Shown here in pieces: positions 18,676-29,427 of a stretch of DNA of 64,000 nt. The translations under genes and the position numbers were made by a program. The notes under the pieces are model-generated. The model saw only the letters and a list, made by a program, of their open reading frames with translations. It was not told where the DNA came from and ran no database searches. Each line of letters starts with the position of its first letter. Position 1 is the first letter of the stretch. This DNA is from Acidobacteriota bacterium (lineage in GTDB: Bacteria > Acidobacteriota > Thermoanaerobaculia > Gp7-AA8). The DNA is taken from the NCBI GenBank assembly GCA_003223645.1, contig QHVT01000007.1:106531-170530 (forward strand). The letters run 5' to 3'.

Positions 18676-19134
18676 ATGCCATACGTCGCATTGGAATGGG
18701 ACCACAAGATTGCGAAACCGGTCGTGAAATGGCTGGTCGTGAAATGCAAGAGTGTCGGGCGGAAATTCGGAGGTCCTCAGGCGCTGCCGCCGCGCCGCGA
18801 CATCGCGTATTTCGTCGATCCGCACACGGCTGAGCGCGATGCCAAGGCGTTCGCCGAGTACAAAGCGCGTCAGGAAAAAGGCGAGAGCGAGGAGAGTCTC
18901 GGCACGTCCGAGGCGTATAGCAAACGCCACGCGGCGTTCGGTTGGGACCACAACATTTTCAATCCGCTGATTCAGTGGGCCGTCCTCGAATGGAACGGCG
19001 AGAACCCGGCCGGCGAGAGCGTGCGCAACGATGTCGCGTACTTCCTCGATCCCGAGACCGCGGAAGCGGACGCGAAAGCGTTCCGTGTGCTGCGGGACCG
19101 GTTGATGATGGAGCAGTTCGCGGCGGCGAGTTGA
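18676..19134 (+). CDS. hypothetical small protein composed of two tandem homologous halves
   Basis: Half 1 EWDHKIAKPVVKWLVVKC...DIAYFVDPHTAERDAKAF versus half 2 GWDHNIFNPLIQWAVLEWNG...DVAYFLDPETAEADAKAF; strong SD; lower G+C than neighbours. Confidence 0.6.
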   Translation: MPYVALEWDHKIAKPVVKWLVVKCKSVGRKFGGPQALPPRRDIAYFVDPHTAERDAKAFAEYKARQEKGESEESLGTSEAYSKRHAAFGWDHNIFNPLIQWAVLEWNGENPAGESVRNDVAYFLDPETAEADAKAFRVLRDRLMMEQFAAAS

Positions 19135-19192
19135 GTTCTCGTGACGTTCCGAGCCGTCTCGTGCGACTCGGACCGTCACGTGCCGAATAAAG

Positions 19193-21310
19193 CTACTTAT
19201 CGGTCCGCGGCGCGAGCAGGTTCTTGATCTGATCCGCGCCGACGCCGAGCGCAAACAGCGCGACGAGGCCTGTTACGAAATCCAGCTTTGCCAGTTGTTC
19301 CTTTGCGCCCGCGAGCAGGCCGAGGAGGACGACGAACAGGGCGACCATGAGCCGGATCCACTCGATCCGCGTGCGCGCGCCGATCAGATCGCCGCCGGCT
19401 TTCTCCACGGTCACGGTGACGGGATCGATGGGGAACTGATGATTGTCCCGGTCCGTCAACGTCGGCGTTACGCTGAATTTGCCGGACCGCGCGAAATAGT
19501 GCGACACGCGCCAGCCGTCCGCGTGGTAGCCGTCGCCGAAAGACCAGTGGCAGGAAATCGTCTGGATGGCCGCCGAGGCGTTCAGCGCCGGGTCGGTGAC
19601 ATCCAATTCGAAGGTGACGAGTGAATTCAGAGCCGGCCGTATCGGATGAAACGACAGGCGCACCTTCTTGTCCTTGAATGCCTGCTCCAATTGTCCGGGG
19701 ACTCCGGGATCTTCGCGCAACTGGCGCGCCAGCCGGACTGCTTCGAGGTATGCATCGAGCGAATGCGTGCGCAGCAGCTTGACGAGCTCCGGCTGCGCGG
19801 ACACCGGCACGCTCACGGCGACTTCCATTTTCGTCACGGCGTAGTCGAGCTTCCAGAACCCAACCGGCCATCCGACGTCTTCGATCTTCGTGACCTCCAA
19901 CGCGGGCGCCATCACTACCGCGGACTCGACAAGCTCGTCGAGCTTGAGGGCCGTCTTCCGCTTCTGTAGGTTCTGTGCGCGCGTGAACACTTCCTGCGTG
20001 AGCTTCGGATCTTCCGCGGCCGCGCCCAGGCTTTGTTTCGCCTGATCGACCGCGGTCTCGACGGCGCGCAGCTCATCTTCCGTGAGCTGCCCCTGCTCGA
20101 GCCGCTCGACCGATTTCTGCAACAGCCTTCTGTTGCGCTGCAGGATCGTCGGCCCCAGTCTCATCGCTCCGCTTTCCCATTCGCGCTCGATGTCGATCAG
20201 GAGGAATTCGATTCGTTGTGTCAGCTCGATGAGGCGCTCCAGCGTCTTCACCTGTTGCAGGCACTCCGCTGCCAACGGCGGAAAATCGAGACTCGTCACG
20301 GCGCGCGAGTCGAGCAGCGCCCGCAATTGGTTGCGCCGGACGCTGAGCAGGACGCGCAGGGTCGAAGGCGTGAGGCGCAGCTGATGAATCTTCTGCGTGA
20401 GGTCCTCGATTTCCCCTCGGACGTCGTTCTTCTTGAGCATGTTCGGGACCCAGTAGGTGAGGTAGAGCGAGGTGATGCCGCCGAGGAACAGGAAAATGAG
20501 AATCAATCCCATTTGCGGGAAGTCGCGGCGCGCTCCTTCACCCGTCGTGCGCTGCAGTTGCACCGGAATCTCTTTCGAGACCCAGTATTCTCCGATTCCG
20601 GCAGGCCCCCGCGGGACTGCGCGCAGGAGCAGAGTGCCCGGCGCCTGCGGCGCCTGCAGCGTCCCTTCGAGCCACCCGAGGACACCGTCGCCCGGCTCGC
20701 GCGGGATGTCGATGTCGACCGTGGCATTCGGACGAAGCAGCGGTACGCGCCCGCGCGCGAGCTCGCGGCTTCCCTCGCGAAGCGACCAGACGAACGAGTG
20801 CGTCATCGGATCCGGGTTCAGGAGCGTGACGCTGCTCCGTTGGCCCTGGATCTGGTGAATCAGGAACGGTTGCTTCCCATCGAACCCGAGCGGCGCGACG
20901 TTGAAGGCAAACACTCGCTTCAGCACGTGCAGTTCGCCGATCGGTGCCGCGTCGTTCCGGATCTCCGCCTTCGCGCGGCCCGGCTCGGTGACGTTCGACA
21001 GCTCTACGGCGATGAGCTCGGTCATCCCTTTTTTGATCAGCTTCGCCGTGGGCTTGGCGACGATCGGCAGCGGCTCCCCGCCCGGATCCGCGAAGAACGG
21101 TCCAATCGTGAGCTGAGGCGTAATGTCTTTCTTGCTGTTGTTCTGGAGAGTGATCGTTCCTGTCGCGGCCGGCGTATCGGACGCGATGACGATTTCGGAT
21201 GTGATGACGATGAGCGGTTGCGGCGGCGTGGCCGCCCGGTTGGTCGCCGCGGCCGCGTGGACAGCGCTGCTCAGCACTGCGATGCACAAGCTCGCACGGA
21301 ATCGGTTCAT
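19193..21310 (-). CDS. large hypothetical envelope protein: signal peptide, long helical/coiled-coil region, PKD-like module, C-terminal TM
   Basis: Start at MNRFRASLCIAVLSSAVHAAAAT (second Met of track ORF); heptad-like charged segment (EIEDLTQKIHQLRL...), CHWSFGDGYHADGWRVSHYF resembles PKD WxFGDG motif; C-terminal hydrophobic helix. Confidence 0.55.
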   Translation of the reverse strand: MNRFRASLCIAVLSSAVHAAAATNRAATPPQPLIVITSEIVIASDTPAATGTITLQNNSKKDITPQLTIGPFFADPGGEPLPIVAKPTAKLIKKGMTELIAVELSNVTEPGRAKAEIRNDAAPIGELHVLKRVFAFNVAPLGFDGKQPFLIHQIQGQRSSVTLLNPDPMTHSFVWSLREGSRELARGRVPLLRPNATVDIDIPREPGDGVLGWLEGTLQAPQAPGTLLLRAVPRGPAGIGEYWVSKEIPVQLQRTTGEGARRDFPQMGLILIFLFLGGITSLYLTYWVPNMLKKNDVRGEIEDLTQKIHQLRLTPSTLRVLLSVRRNQLRALLDSRAVTSLDFPPLAAECLQQVKTLERLIELTQRIEFLLIDIEREWESGAMRLGPTILQRNRRLLQKSVERLEQGQLTEDELRAVETAVDQAKQSLGAAAEDPKLTQEVFTRAQNLQKRKTALKLDELVESAVVMAPALEVTKIEDVGWPVGFWKLDYAVTKMEVAVSVPVSAQPELVKLLRTHSLDAYLEAVRLARQLREDPGVPGQLEQAFKDKKVRLSFHPIRPALNSLVTFELDVTDPALNASAAIQTISCHWSFGDGYHADGWRVSHYFARSGKFSVTPTLTDRDNHQFPIDPVTVTVEKAGGDLIGARTRIEWIRLMVALFVVLLGLLAGAKEQLAKLDFVTGLVALFALGVGADQIKNLLAPRTDK

Positions 21311-21411
21311 GTCGAGGCCTCTATCAATGGGAGAGACACTCCCGTCGTTCTTCCCTGTCAAAATTCGCGTTCGGCTAGAATCGCATTGCTCGCGAGGAAC
21401 GGAAAGCGTGA

Positions 21412-23334
<1,923 letters not shown>

Positions 23335-23362
23335 CCCACTGTGCCAGTGCTACACTGAAACT

Positions 23363-23644
23363 GTGAAGCGGTCATCCAAACCTGTCGCGGCTTCCGCGGC
23401 TCGCCGCCGCAATGTGACCTTGACGATCTCCGAGGAGGTTTTCCGCCGCGCGCGGCATCTTGCGGTCGAGCGAGGTGTGTCCTTATCGAAGCTCTTGTCC
23501 GAGGAACTGGAAAGCCTGGCCGTCCGAGACGAACAGTACGAAACCTCGCGGAAGCGTCTCCTTGCCCGCATGAAGAAGGGATTTGACCTGGGCATTCGCG
23601 ACCGGCGGGTTTCCTGGTCACGTGACGATCTGCATGGGCGCTGA
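23363..23644 (+). CDS. ribbon-helix-helix (CopG/antitoxin-like) DNA-binding protein
   Basis: 93 aa; RRNVTLTISEEVFRRARHLAVERGVSLSKLLSEELESL = beta-strand + two helices of RHH fold; no obvious toxin partner. Confidence 0.45.
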   Translation: MKRSSKPVAASAARRRNVTLTISEEVFRRARHLAVERGVSLSKLLSEELESLAVRDEQYETSRKRLLARMKKGFDLGIRDRRVSWSRDDLHGR

Positions 23645-23897
23645 GTCTGGGATGCGCTGATTGTTTGGTCAGCACTCGGTTCGCGTTGCACGACTGTCTG
23701 GACTGAGGGATCAAAACTCGCGAAGGCATCGCTGTGGCGATCGCCGCGCTACGCGCTCGGAAACGCTAGCACTTCTGGGTGCCGCGGCTACAGAACGCAC
23801 CATCCGCAAAACCGCGATCTGCTACGCGTACGCGAACCGTTTCACTTCCACCGCGCGGTCGCCGCAGCGCGTAGCGCATCAGTTCTGTTCGCCACGA

Positions 23898-25064
23898 TCA
23901 CGACACTTTCTCGCTGATCGGCTCGTACGATATCAGGAGATCGCTAAGAATTTTTCTGGCTGCGTCCGCGTCGATTTTCTTGAGTTTCCGTTGCGCAGCT
24001 TCAGCCAGCACGACTCCGCAGATCTCGATGATCTGTCGCGGTAACCCCTGGCTCAGTTGATAGGCGTAATCGACATAATCATCAGTAAACGGGATGATCT
24101 CGTCCCTCTTTTGCCCATCTCGCGCTTCGGACATACGACTCACGATAAGCCGTCTAGCTTCGTCGGGAGCCAACTCTGCCGGCATTTCGACCACCTCGGA
24201 CGCCCGAATGCGTGCAAAGAAAGGGGTTATTCCGACTCCAGATTCCCCCCGGCCGCCTTCCATCATGACCTGCTGCCTCAGTCGATGCCAGTAGTCTGGA
24301 GTGGCGGCCATGAGAATCAACAATGTCGCAGCATTCGCGCCTTTTGAGAAGAAATCCACTTGCTGGTCCCAAAGATGCTTCAGGCTGTCGAGTACCGCCA
24401 CTCGTTGCGCCCTGGGAAGGGCGTCAACGTACTCGACTTCGTCGATGAACATCGCGATTGCTGTGACGCCGGCGGCATGTAACACCAGTTGAAGCGCCTG
24501 GATCACCGCAATGGCATCGTCCGACGTCCTAATTTGAAGCGTTTCGGCGATACCTGCCGCTTCAGCCTCTCTGCGAAGAATGCGGCTGCCGATCAACACT
24601 TTCCGAGCGACGGCCGCGGCATCAGGGCGCGTCAACGCAAGCAGCAAACCAACAAAGGGGCGAAGAGCGGACGGCCACCCAGCCTTAGGCGCCGCTACAT
24701 TTCGCAAGATCGGAACCAACTCGTTTTCGATATCCATGCCTCGGACGAAGAGGCGCAAAACGAGGCTGCGAGTAAAATCCCTCTTCTGTTCTGGGTCAAC
24801 GAGACGTATTGGCCCCAACCCCAACACTCGTGATTTCGTAGCTGGTTGAAGCGACCGGGCTAGCTGCCACAAGAGAAAGCTCTTGCCTGAGCCGTACGTT
24901 CCCAAGAGCACAGCATTTACTGGAGATCGCGACTGTTGCGCAAAGTTCACGATCTGCCGCAACCGCGTCCACTCAACATCGCGGCCAATTCGCTGTACGT
25001 CATAACGACCCAGCTCGAAAGGTTGCCCCTTAAGTCGATAGAGATCGAATGCTTTTGTAGACAT
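23898..25064 (-). CDS. P-loop NTPase (AAA/ORC-like ATPase), terminal gene of block 1
   Basis: Start MSTKAFDLYRLKG (ATG 25064, GGAGG 13 nt upstream; track ORF extends further 5' by overlap with next gene); Walker A LLGTYGSGKS, Walker B AMFIDEVEYVD. Confidence 0.6.
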   Translation of the reverse strand: MSTKAFDLYRLKGQPFELGRYDVQRIGRDVEWTRLRQIVNFAQQSRSPVNAVLLGTYGSGKSFLLWQLARSLQPATKSRVLGLGPIRLVDPEQKRDFTRSLVLRLFVRGMDIENELVPILRNVAAPKAGWPSALRPFVGLLLALTRPDAAAVARKVLIGSRILRREAEAAGIAETLQIRTSDDAIAVIQALQLVLHAAGVTAIAMFIDEVEYVDALPRAQRVAVLDSLKHLWDQQVDFFSKGANAATLLILMAATPDYWHRLRQQVMMEGGRGESGVGITPFFARIRASEVVEMPAELAPDEARRLIVSRMSEARDGQKRDEIIPFTDDYVDYAYQLSQGLPRQIIEICGVVLAEAAQRKLKKIDADAARKILSDLLISYEPISEKVS

Positions 25065-25080
25065 TGGCGAGGCCGCCTCC

Positions 25081-26019
25081 TTAGTGTTTACTAGTACTCT
25101 GCTTATCTGTAGTGGGCTTGAAGCGCACCGACACGAAGCCGGCGTACATATTTCCGAGCTGCAGGCCGTCGCGAGCAGGACCGCTAAATGGCGAGAATGA
25201 AACAAAATGCTCCGTAAGGAGCGTAGGTGCCTGCCGAATGATCTCGTCAAGTTGGGTATCAGATAGGAGAGTGCCGCAGTGTTGAAAGATGCGCCCAAGA
25301 TCGTCACGCAGCACGTTGATAGGCAGATACAGTTGCGTCCCAATCCTGCGAGTTGCCTTTGAATATGCTTCGAGAAGGGCTTCGCGCCGTGCTTGATTGG
25401 ATAGCGACGCAGCCGATAAGTTCGTACCTGGTGTTCTGAGAGCTTCAACGTGGCGACGATTAGCAGTCCAGATTACACCTCTATCCGTCGGGTTTTCCCT
25501 AATTACCCCAAAGAAGATCAAGTAACCGCCCCATTTCCCAAGCCGGTCAAGCGTACTGATAGCTTCGTCTCCAGTCAGGCCGAGCCTCTGCTCGATGAAT
25601 CGTCTCAACATAGTTTTGCGCCTCTCAGCCTTATGGGATGCCTCAGCAAGCCAGCCGACCAAACCGACGCGAGCCGCGTCCAGCTCGAGGAGATGCCGCG
25701 CCATGAGTTGACGTGCGTTCTCATCGTCTGCGGTTGCTATCGCTTCGGCGTAGCGTGTGACCTGTCCAGATCGAAGTGTGCCCTTAAAAAGCCGCAATTC
25801 GACAAGGCTCGGAAGCACGTACGCATTCAGGAGTGTTCTCGGCGGAATGTCTGGACGTAAGGCGACAAGTGCTGTACGGCGCCCTTCTGGCGTGCGGTGG
25901 TCCAGCAGTACGCGCAACGCCGGCAGAGTCAGGTCCGGTGGCATCTTCAAAACGGGGACCGTGAGAGGCGTCTTCGGCGGCCGACGTTTTGGCTTCGCTT
26001 TGCTTGCACTCTTCATGGC
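25081..26019 (-). CDS. hypothetical protein (block 1, gene 3)
   Basis: Start MKSASKAKPKRRPPK; no recognised motif; 7-nt overlap with upstream gene. Confidence 0.4.
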   Translation of the reverse strand, partial: AMKSASKAKPKRRPPKTPLTVPVLKMPPDLTLPALRVLLDHRTPEGRRTALVALRPDIPPRTLLNAYVLPSLVELRLFKGTLRSGQVTRYAEAIATADDENARQLMARHLLELDAARVGLVGWLAEASHKAERRKTMLRRFIEQRLGLTGDEAISTLDRLGKWGGYLIFFGVIRENPTDRGVIWTANRRHVEALRTPGTNLSAASLSNQARREALLEAYSKATRRIGTQLYLPINVLRDDLGRIFQHCGTLLSDTQLDEIIRQAPTLLTEHFVSFSPFSGPARDGLQLGNMYAGFVSVRFKPTTDKQSTSKH

Positions 26020-27152
26020 AGGCCTGCAGTTGAAGCTGCCGGAGAATGTGGCGCGGGCAATAACGGTGTGGTGCCCGGATAGCCACCCTCCCAGCAATGA
26101 TGACTATATGGGCAACGGCTACACCGCTGAAGGTCGCTGGGATGCGGTGGCACAGAGCCTGACCGAAGTATTGTCAGAGCGGAGTCTCGCTGGGTAATCC
26201 AGCGTTGGCGCTGTTGATCATCGGCCCGTATCCGATAAATTCGGTGCGACCGTAGTTTCCCTGCGGTCAAGTCGAGATCGATCGACAGTATGAATGCAGT
26301 GTTGATGCGCCGAGCCAAGGCAAATTCAGCAAAAATTGCATAACCAATCGCGACGCCCTCGTGAAACTGTTCATACGGGCCAGTCTTTAGGTCTCCGACT
26401 AACGTGACTGCGTAAAGGAAATCCGGGCACACACCGTTCCGTACGCCGAACACTCGGGCAGGGTACCTTTTGTTATCGAGGGTCACCCCAGTCTGAAGCC
26501 TTGTCAGGGCTGCCCGGGCCTCAGCCATCCAGTTGCTTGACGGCGTGAAATAGCCGAGCCCGAATCGGCCGCGGCGGCAGCGACGAAGATAGGCAATTAG
26601 AAGCTTCGTTTCGTGCCGGATTAAATCAACGATCGCCGCGAGGGTATTTGCAATCAGGTCTGCGCCACCCTCGCCGGCCATGCGCTCGGCGAAGTCATCA
26701 AGTGTGAGGTTTCGGAAATCAGGATGCTTTCCCGGGTATGTCCATTCAGAAAGAAGCCGTCGCCGTGCCGCGTCCTCCGCGGCAGTGATGATATTTGTTT
26801 CAAGATCCCTGAAGCTGACGGCTCGCCCGGTTCGGACGGACTTTTCGAATGCGTCATCCAGTTGGTCCATGCCGATCGTGTGAAGATCGACCAAAACCGG
26901 ATCGACAACTTTGCCGATTACTGAACGCGGCCATGAAGGTGTTTCGAGCTTGAGAACCTTTTCGAGGTAGATATCACGACCAGTCGGACAATATCTGGCC
27001 GACAAGCCTGTAATCGACACACCCTCGGTTCCGACCGCGGCCCGGATCTGCGATTGCTCGCCTGCATAACCGCGAAGATCCGGGGAAACTGGCAGCGGTC
27101 GATAATGCCTAAGCGTGCCGACAGCTCCGAGTTCGATTGCGACGCTAAACAT
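26013..27152 (-). CDS. putative PD-(D/E)xK nuclease of Cas4/RecB-like type with C-terminal C-x2-C-x5-C (Fe-S-like) cluster
   Basis: CPDFLYAVTLVGDLKTGPYEQF (D...D-L-K core), C-terminal CSRCPYSHHC plus N-terminal Cys (RYCPTG); 9 nt downstream of MTase stop. Confidence 0.45.
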   Translation of the reverse strand: MFSVAIELGAVGTLRHYRPLPVSPDLRGYAGEQSQIRAAVGTEGVSITGLSARYCPTGRDIYLEKVLKLETPSWPRSVIGKVVDPVLVDLHTIGMDQLDDAFEKSVRTGRAVSFRDLETNIITAAEDAARRRLLSEWTYPGKHPDFRNLTLDDFAERMAGEGGADLIANTLAAIVDLIRHETKLLIAYLRRCRRGRFGLGYFTPSSNWMAEARAALTRLQTGVTLDNKRYPARVFGVRNGVCPDFLYAVTLVGDLKTGPYEQFHEGVAIGYAIFAEFALARRINTAFILSIDLDLTAGKLRSHRIYRIRADDQQRQRWITQRDSALTILRSGSVPPHPSDLQRCSRCPYSHHCWEGGYPGTTPLLPAPHSPAASTAGLP

Positions 27153-27161
27153 CTAAGCCTT

Positions 27162-28628
27162 CTAGCTCACAGCCGGCGGCTTCCGGAGTACCAGAACGTG
27201 TTCGTGGGTGATAACGCCGGCGGTTGGATGCCGTTTTGTAAGTAAGCCACGTGACGGAATTTTGTTGCGAATACGCAGAGTTTGGGCGAAACCTAGCTTC
27301 GAGGCTAGTTCGGCGAGAATCGCCGCGTTATCAAGGAGGTGTCCCCGTACGTGATTGTTGCCGATGACAAAAACTACGTGCCCTCCTGGCTTAAGCGCCG
27401 CGTAGCAGTTGCTAACCACGACGTTCATGTCGCGGACATACTTGCTTATAATAGCGGCACGATACCGATCCTGCCGGAGTACTGACGTGATAGTTTCGTC
27501 GGCGCTCGGTGCGCCGGTCGGTTCCAACAGACTCGCCCATTCACGCTCAGGAACGCGCTCTGTGCCTATCTGCAGACGGTCGAGAGCAGACTCGTCCTGA
27601 CCATTGGCTGTATATCCAAGCACGAAAAGCTCTAGCCTGAGAGATCGAGTGTAGCGCTGAGCGTTAGCGTAGGGCGGAGAAGTAAGTATCAGGTCGATTC
27701 CGGAGACGGAGTCACCTGTTGGGTGGCCTAGGCGGCCAGCGCCGATGTAAGGGGCCGTGGCAAAAGTCCGTGCGTCCGCACCGTGGATGGTGTCGTTGGT
27801 CACGGGAATGGTTGTCGCATCGACCCAGGCCCGCAGTCGCGAAGCGTTGCTTCGGACCACGGTGTCGAGGATCGTCAAGACATCGGCGTCTTGGCGCTCT
27901 CGAAGATTTGCACGAAGCTCCCTTCGGACTGCAGCATCGCGGAATCTTCTCGGGTCGATTTTCACGGGAACGCTCACGCCAGGGTCGGCAAGAGCCACTT
28001 GCCTGACAACTGACGATGCGGCAACCAGGAAGAAGTCGCGGAGATTAGGGTCGCGTAAGCCTTCCATTGCGCGGAGCACGCGAGCGAGACGCCGCTCCAC
28101 CGATGGCGTAAACCAATGGCGTTTGTTTGGGAAATCTGGCAAGCCAAGTCGAGAAGTATCGGCGTTAAAACGGGCGACGATCCGCAGCCAAGAATCGAGA
28201 ATCGCGCGGCTTTCCAGCGGTGAAGTCTTCACCTTCGCGATGAGGCGCGCGAGCGGATTGATTTCGAGACCGACCGGGTGCATCGGGTGCACCGGGTGGA
28301 TCGGTGCCTCCACGAGAACGGTTCCACAGCCCGCAAAGGGGTCCAATAGCCGACCGAAAGGAACGGCGACGCCTCGCACCGCCAAGAAAAATAGTGGGAT
28401 ATACGGGGTCAGCCGACCAGGGTACCGGTGGAGCCGGTGAGTCATATGGTCGCCGCGCGCGGTCCAATCAGCACAATGGCGCCGGAAGTCGAAGTTTAGT
28501 GACCTTCCCGTTGCTTCGAAGCGGTCGCAGAGTCTACCGTACGCATCGGTCGCACGATCAGCGATCTCTTCTGGCTGTAAGCTCGAGCGAGTCATCCGAA
28601 ACGCCCCTTTTGAGGCTGAAGTCAGCAT
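27162..28628 (-). CDS. SAM-dependent amino-methyltransferase, probably DNA N6A/N4C MTase (motif I before motif IV)
   Basis: LLDPFAGCGTVLVEA (motif I) and LILTSPPYANAQRY (motif IV S-P-P-Y); paralog of 36580..37851; resemblance to RlmL/Trm11 m2G RNA MTases means DNA versus RNA target is unresolved. Confidence 0.6.
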   Translation of the reverse strand: MLTSASKGAFRMTRSSLQPEEIADRATDAYGRLCDRFEATGRSLNFDFRRHCADWTARGDHMTHRLHRYPGRLTPYIPLFFLAVRGVAVPFGRLLDPFAGCGTVLVEAPIHPVHPMHPVGLEINPLARLIAKVKTSPLESRAILDSWLRIVARFNADTSRLGLPDFPNKRHWFTPSVERRLARVLRAMEGLRDPNLRDFFLVAASSVVRQVALADPGVSVPVKIDPRRFRDAAVRRELRANLRERQDADVLTILDTVVRSNASRLRAWVDATTIPVTNDTIHGADARTFATAPYIGAGRLGHPTGDSVSGIDLILTSPPYANAQRYTRSLRLELFVLGYTANGQDESALDRLQIGTERVPEREWASLLEPTGAPSADETITSVLRQDRYRAAIISKYVRDMNVVVSNCYAALKPGGHVVFVIGNNHVRGHLLDNAAILAELASKLGFAQTLRIRNKIPSRGLLTKRHPTAGVITHEHVLVLRKPPAVS

Positions 28629-29072
28629 CTGTATTGGTCCGCCGCTCGCTCATTGTCGCTCGCATCCCTCGAACGGCAAAGACTCCTGGATATCACCACG
28701 GGTAGGGACGACCAGCCCAGCCGCGGCGGTCGACGCACCACGGTACAACATCATGGCCCTGCCGCGCGCAGCGTTCGCGTCCGCCGCTTTTGCGGTTGCC
28801 TCGCGGTCGAGGAGCGCGATCGCGCGCTACGCGAGCTGCGGCTCTCAGCAACGGCGACGACCAGGCGATGATCTGCCGCGCGACATCCGGTTTGTGGTGG
28901 ACCTCTTCCGCGACGGCGTGCGTGTCGGCACGCCGCGGACGGTGCTTACTTGCAGGCGCCCATACCGAGGCCGAGGAGGAGGACGAGGAAGGTTCCCTTC
29001 ATGGCCTGATTCCTTCCAGCCGCCGGCGCTTCGCAGGCGCCGGGTTCGAGGGTCCTCGCCGACGAACGAGAA

Positions 29073-29094
29073 CCATGTCCAGTATTGGACATGG
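29073..29094. promoter_or_regulatory. perfect 22-bp palindrome CCATGTCCAGTATTGGACATGG in ~800-bp non-coding region
   Basis: Exact dyad symmetry, operator-like. Confidence 0.3.
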
Positions 29095-29427
29095 CTCTAC
29101 CAGTCGCGGATTCGCCCGTCGCCCCCGGCCACGACGGTACGATCACCTCGTGACACGCGACGAATACCGGCGTCGCATCGCGGAGTCGCAAAGTGCCCCG
29201 TTTTTGTGCGTGGAACACATACGTAAATCCGTGGAACATTCTGTTATTAGCTCGCTATGCCCGACTCTCGGCGAGCGTGGCCGCTTCTCCGTTAGTAAGT
29301 ACACCAGTGACCTGTGCCGGCTCGATGTCGGAGACTACCCCCGGCGACCTCCGGCCGGTGCTCCATTGGCTCGACGACAGGCCATGTGGCGGTGCGGAGA
29401 GTCCGCACCGCCGCGCGGGCAAGGAGC

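Larger units (their letters stand above)
23898..28628 (-). other. lower-G+C four-gene block 1 (candidate restriction/defence module): MTase - Cas4-like nuclease - unknown - ATPase
   Basis: Visibly A/T-richer codons than flanks; four minus-strand genes with 9-16-nt gaps or short overlaps. Confidence 0.5.

Noticed and set aside
23640-28760. Possible attachment-site direct repeat (gatcgc...cgcgctacgcg) near both ends of block 1
   Set aside because: - Only ~11-17 bp of imperfect identity in GC-rich DNA.
- Easily due to chance; not reported as att.
28946-29002. 19-codon ORF MKGTFLVLLLGLGMGACK-stop resembling a lipoprotein signal peptide
   Set aside because: - There is essentially no mature polypeptide after the lipobox Cys.
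- It is more likely a gene remnant or chance ORF; kept only as context in a finding.
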